Source: Aquirhabdus sp.
GTDB lineage: Bacteria; Pseudomonadota; Gammaproteobacteria; Pseudomonadales; Moraxellaceae
Reading direction: 5' to 3'
NCBI GenBank assembly: GCA_030150135.1
Contig: JASLGO010000049.1
Coordinates: forward strand, 13,366-77,365
DNA length: 64,000 bases
In this document: piece by piece, positions 60,528 to 64,000 of the stretch
Layout: every line of letters starts with the position of its first letter
Numbering within the stretch: position 1 is the first letter of the stretch
Made by a program: the position numbers and the translations under genes
Notes under the pieces: generated by a model
What the model was told of the DNA's origin: nothing
Seen by the model: only the letters and a program-made list of their open reading frames with translations
Database searches by the model: none

Positions 60528-63500
60528 TTAATGAACAGGAGGTGTTTGTAACGACTCCGATTCTTCGTGGTTTACAGCTGAGTGATTAGATGCCAAGAGC
60601 ATGTACATTGCAGGGACGACAAACAATGTAAACAGACTGCCAATCGATAGGCCTGCAAAAATCACTAATCCCATCGCAAAGCGACCCGCAGCACCCGCAC
60701 CCGATGCAAGCACCAGTGGAATCACACCGAACACCATCGCTGCTGTCGTCATGAGAATTGGACGCAAACGTTGATGAGTTGCAGCCATAATCGCTTCGAG
60801 CTTGGTTTTACCCAAAGACCGTTCATGGTTAGCAACTTCGACAATCAAAATCCCATGCTTACTGATCAACCCTGCCAAGGTAAATAAGCCGACCTTGGTG
60901 TAAATGTTGACCGATGTAAAGCCCCAGAAAATAAAGATCATTGCACCAAACAGTGCAAGTGGTACAGACATCAGAATAATCACAGGGTCTCGGAAGCTAT
61001 TAAACAATGCTGCCAAGACGAGGAAAACAATGACGATTGCAAACGCAAACGTTGCAGCAAAACCACCTGATTCTTGCATGAACTGACGTGATGAACCTGC
61101 ATAGTCCACGTTATAACCCACAGGAGCAACCTGCTTGACCGTATCGCGTAGCATTTTCAGGAGGTCACCTTGAGAACCAGCACCGACACCCATGATGGTT
61201 GCTGAGTTTTGTTGCTGGAAGCGCGAGATGGCTTCAGGGACAACTTCATGCGTAAGAGAAGCAATATTGCGCACCTGAATCAAGCTACCACTCGGAGTTT
61301 TGATGTAGTAGTCCAAGATTTGCTGAGGATTCAGACGATTTTTTTGCAAGACTTGCGGCATGACTTTATATGAGCGACCGTCAATCGAGAAATAATTGAC
61401 ATAACCACCACCCAAAGCTGCACTTAATGCATTTCCTACATCTTGTTGCGTCATGCCAAGCGCAGCAATCTTGTTGCGATCCACCACGAGGTTGGCTTGA
61501 GGTGCGTCAACCTTCAGATCCGTATCGATAAAGTAAAATTTACCAGAAGCCTTCACTTTATCCATCACTTGCTGGGTGACCGTATTCAATTGATCAAACG
61601 AGTTGGTCGTATTGATCACGAATTGAATAGGCAAACCAGATGATCCTGGCAGGGGAGGGAATTGGAACGCGGCGACTCGTGCGCCTGCGATTTTATTCCA
61701 GCGCTCTTGTAGGTCTTGCTGAATTTCATGTGCGCTACGTGTACGTTGTTCCCAAGGTTTAAGCAGTACACCACCAATCCCTTGACTGACGACAGGTACG
61801 CCAGTGATCTGGAACATCTGTGCATATTCTGGGGTCGCTTTTGAAACCTTGAAGACCTGATCTGCATAGGTTTGCATCTGATCTGAGGTTGCGGTTGGTG
61901 ATCCCATGACCTGAGATAGTACAAGACCTTGATCTTCTTCTGGCGCTAACTCCTGTTGTGACATCGAGAACATGACAACCAACAAGGCGAGCATGATTGC
62001 GCCCATGACGATCAGGACAGGCCACGTCTTGAGCATGCTACCGAGCAGTCGTTGATAACCATCACGCACTGAGTCGAACACACGATTAATCGCAACAACA
62101 AATTTTCCCTCGTCCTGATGCGGATTAAAGAATTTACCGCACATGACAGGAGATAGCGTCAGCGCAACGATTCCAGATACGGTAACTGCTGCTGCAAGAC
62201 TAAAGGCGAACTCACTAAATAATGCGCCAGTCAGCCCACCTTGGAACCCAATTGGCACATAAACAGCAACGAGGACCACAGTCATCGCCAAAATCGGCCC
62301 ACCCAATTCGCGTGCCGCAATGATCGCGGCATCAATCGGTTTCATGCCTGCTCGCATATGTCGGTCAACGTTTTCTACCACGATAATGGCATCGTCCACC
62401 ACCAAACCAATGGCCAGCACCATCGCGAGCAAGGTGAGCAGGTTAATCGAATAACCCAGCATCAACATGACAAAGAAAGTACCAATCAAGGACAATGGCA
62501 TGGCAATGACAGGGACGAGAACGGCGCGGAAACTTCCCAAAAAGAGGAAAATCACCACAGTCACAATCACCAATGCTTCGACTAATGTTTTGACCACTTC
62601 ATCAATTGACGAATTAATGAAGTCAGTTGAGTCGTAAACAATTTCTCCTGTTAAACCTTGTGGCAATTGCGAGTGAATTTCAGGGAACGCTTCACGCACA
62701 GTATTCGCGACGCTGAGAATATTTGCTTCAGGCGCAATTTTGATCCCGATAAACACTGAACGCACGCCACCAAAAGCAACGTTAAAGTCATAGTTTTCGG
62801 AACCTAGCGTGACATTAGCAACGTCTTGTAGACGAACAATCGCATCGCCGTTGTGTTTGACGACAAGCTGTTTGAATTCATCAACGCTGTGTAGATCTGT
62901 TTTGGCAGTTAATGGCACAGTCACCATTTGACCTTTAGTCACGCCAAGCGGTGCGAGCAGGTTGTTGCTGGCTAATGCTGTATTCACATCAGCAGCCGTG
63001 ATGCCATAAGCCGCCATTTTGTCGACATCTAGCCATGCACGTAGCGCAAACTGACGCGCCCCCAGAATTTCTGCGGTTTGTACACCAGGAATCGAGTCGA
63101 GCTTAGGCTTAACCACACGAATTAGGTAATCCGTCACATTGTTAGTTGGCAATGTATCGCTGTAGAAACCCATGTACATCGCATCGACAGTTTGTCCAGT
63201 TTGCACGGTCAATACAGGAGTTTGTGCTTGTGGCGGCAACTGATTTTTGACTGAATTAATCTGTGTATTAATCTGAGTCAATGCACGGTTAGCATCGTAA
63301 TTTAGACGCAAGGTCGCGGTAATGACCGAAACCCCATTACTACTGGACGATGATAAATAATCGATCCCCTGCGCTTGCGCAATCGCAGCTTCCAGAGGCT
63401 GAGTAATAAAACCCGCTACGGTTTGTGCGTCAGCGCCATAGTAAGTTGTTGAAATCGTCACGGTCGCGTTCTGTGTTTGCGGATACTGGTTGATCGGTAA

Positions 63501-63593
63501 GCTAAACAGTGAGCGAAGTCCGAGAATCAGGATCAGCAAACTGACCGTCGCGGCAAGCACGGGTCGTCGAATAAAGATATCGGTAAATTTCAT
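60528..63593 (-). CDS. multidrug RND permease (MexW/MexI-like)
   Basis: FIRRPVLA, AIGLVVDDAIIVVEN, RLRPILMTT. Confidence 0.93.
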   Translation of the reverse strand: MKFTDIFIRRPVLAATVSLLILILGLRSLFSLPINQYPQTQNATVTISTTYYGADAQTVAGFITQPLEAAIAQAQGIDYLSSSSSNGVSVITATLRLNYDANRALTQINTQINSVKNQLPPQAQTPVLTVQTGQTVDAMYMGFYSDTLPTNNVTDYLIRVVKPKLDSIPGVQTAEILGARQFALRAWLDVDKMAAYGITAADVNTALASNNLLAPLGVTKGQMVTVPLTAKTDLHSVDEFKQLVVKHNGDAIVRLQDVANVTLGSENYDFNVAFGGVRSVFIGIKIAPEANILSVANTVREAFPEIHSQLPQGLTGEIVYDSTDFINSSIDEVVKTLVEALVIVTVVIFLFLGSFRAVLVPVIAMPLSLIGTFFVMLMLGYSINLLTLLAMVLAIGLVVDDAIIVVENVDRHMRAGMKPIDAAIIAARELGGPILAMTVVLVAVYVPIGFQGGLTGALFSEFAFSLAAAVTVSGIVALTLSPVMCGKFFNPHQDEGKFVVAINRVFDSVRDGYQRLLGSMLKTWPVLIVMGAIMLALLVVMFSMSQQELAPEEDQGLVLSQVMGSPTATSDQMQTYADQVFKVSKATPEYAQMFQITGVPVVSQGIGGVLLKPWEQRTRSAHEIQQDLQERWNKIAGARVAAFQFPPLPGSSGLPIQFVINTTNSFDQLNTVTQQVMDKVKASGKFYFIDTDLKVDAPQANLVVDRNKIAALGMTQQDVGNALSAALGGGYVNYFSIDGRSYKVMPQVLQKNRLNPQQILDYYIKTPSGSLIQVRNIASLTHEVVPEAISRFQQQNSATIMGVGAGSQGDLLKMLRDTVKQVAPVGYNVDYAGSSRQFMQESGGFAATFAFAIVIVFLVLAALFNSFRDPVIILMSVPLALFGAMIFIFWGFTSVNIYTKVGLFTLAGLISKHGILIVEVANHERSLGKTKLEAIMAATHQRLRPILMTTAAMVFGVIPLVLASGAGAAGRFAMGLVIFAGLSIGSLFTLFVVPAMYMLLASNHSAVNHEESESLQTPPVH

Positions 63594-63602
63594 GGCGATA
63601 CC

Positions 63603-64000
63603 TCAATGCTCTTGCGGGGTTGGGTTTTGGTCATTCGTAGGTTGCACAGAGTTATCGACAACTACGGGCGAGCCATTTTTCAGTTTAATCTGACCACTGG
63701 TAATGATTTGCTGACCTTCTTTAATACCACTCAAGATTGCGACCTGATCACCGCGTGTTTCACCTGTGGTGATCAACACTTGCTGAGCTTCTAAGCCATT
63801 TGCAGGCGCAGGTTGCATAACGCCTTTGGCATCTTTCTTGGCTTGTGCTTTCTGAATGACGAAGACAGTTGAACCATATGGATTAAAGGTAATCACGGTT
63901 TGCGGCAAGGTCAGGTAGCTTTCGACATGACCTGCTTCCACACTGACATTGGCAAACATGCCTGGTAAAAGCTGACGTTCTGGATTGGCAATCGTGGCTT
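63603..64000 (-). CDS. RND membrane fusion protein (MexV/MexH-like), 5' end outside window
   Basis: PGMFANV, LPQTVITFNPYG, SGQIKLKNG; frame open to window edge. Confidence 0.88.
   Translation of the reverse strand, partial: ATIANPERQLLPGMFANVSVEAGHVESYLTLPQTVITFNPYGSTVFVIQKAQAKKDAKGVMQPAPANGLEAQQVLITTGETRGDQVAILSGIKEGQQIITSGQIKLKNGSPVVVDNSVQPTNDQNPTPQEH

Overview
Chromosomal window from a gammaproteobacterium, most likely Moraxellaceae (Acinetobacter-related). That placement is inferred from the def/LysM-dprA-tsaC order, grpE-dnaK without dnaJ, the AlkM-type alkane hydroxylase and the fabR-desaturase layout. It holds about 55 genes. Core genes: phoBR, bioB-bioF, ornithine/lysine decarboxylase, carbonic anhydrase, def, dprA, tsaC, grpE-dnaK. 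Lipid/alkane metabolism: alkB, GMC oxidoreductase, tandem HSL esterases, SDR, thioesterases, desaturase-reductase-FabR. Efflux: MdfA, Fsr, EmrR-OMF-EmrAB, CzcI-CBA and a second RND pump. I found no rRNA, tRNA, CRISPR array, transposase, integrase or phage gene. The most interesting signals are non-coding or orphan. (1) A promoter-to-terminator, ORF-free structured transcript of ~130 nt at ~28996-29128, a candidate novel ncRNA. (2) An apparently leaderless, His-rich CzcI-like ORF followed immediately by a ~350-nt nested inverted-repeat structure ahead of czcCBA, a candidate metal-responsive attenuation system. (3) A dispersed family of palindromic REP/MITE-like elements with compensatory stem changes. 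(4) A small Sec-signal protein whose C-terminus resembles T3SS filament/tip polymerisation helices. (5) A shared TGACAA-N6-TTGTCA operator linking distant lipid genes. (6) An ArsJ-type GAPDH without arsJ. All functional calls come from motif recognition by eye, and no database searches were run.
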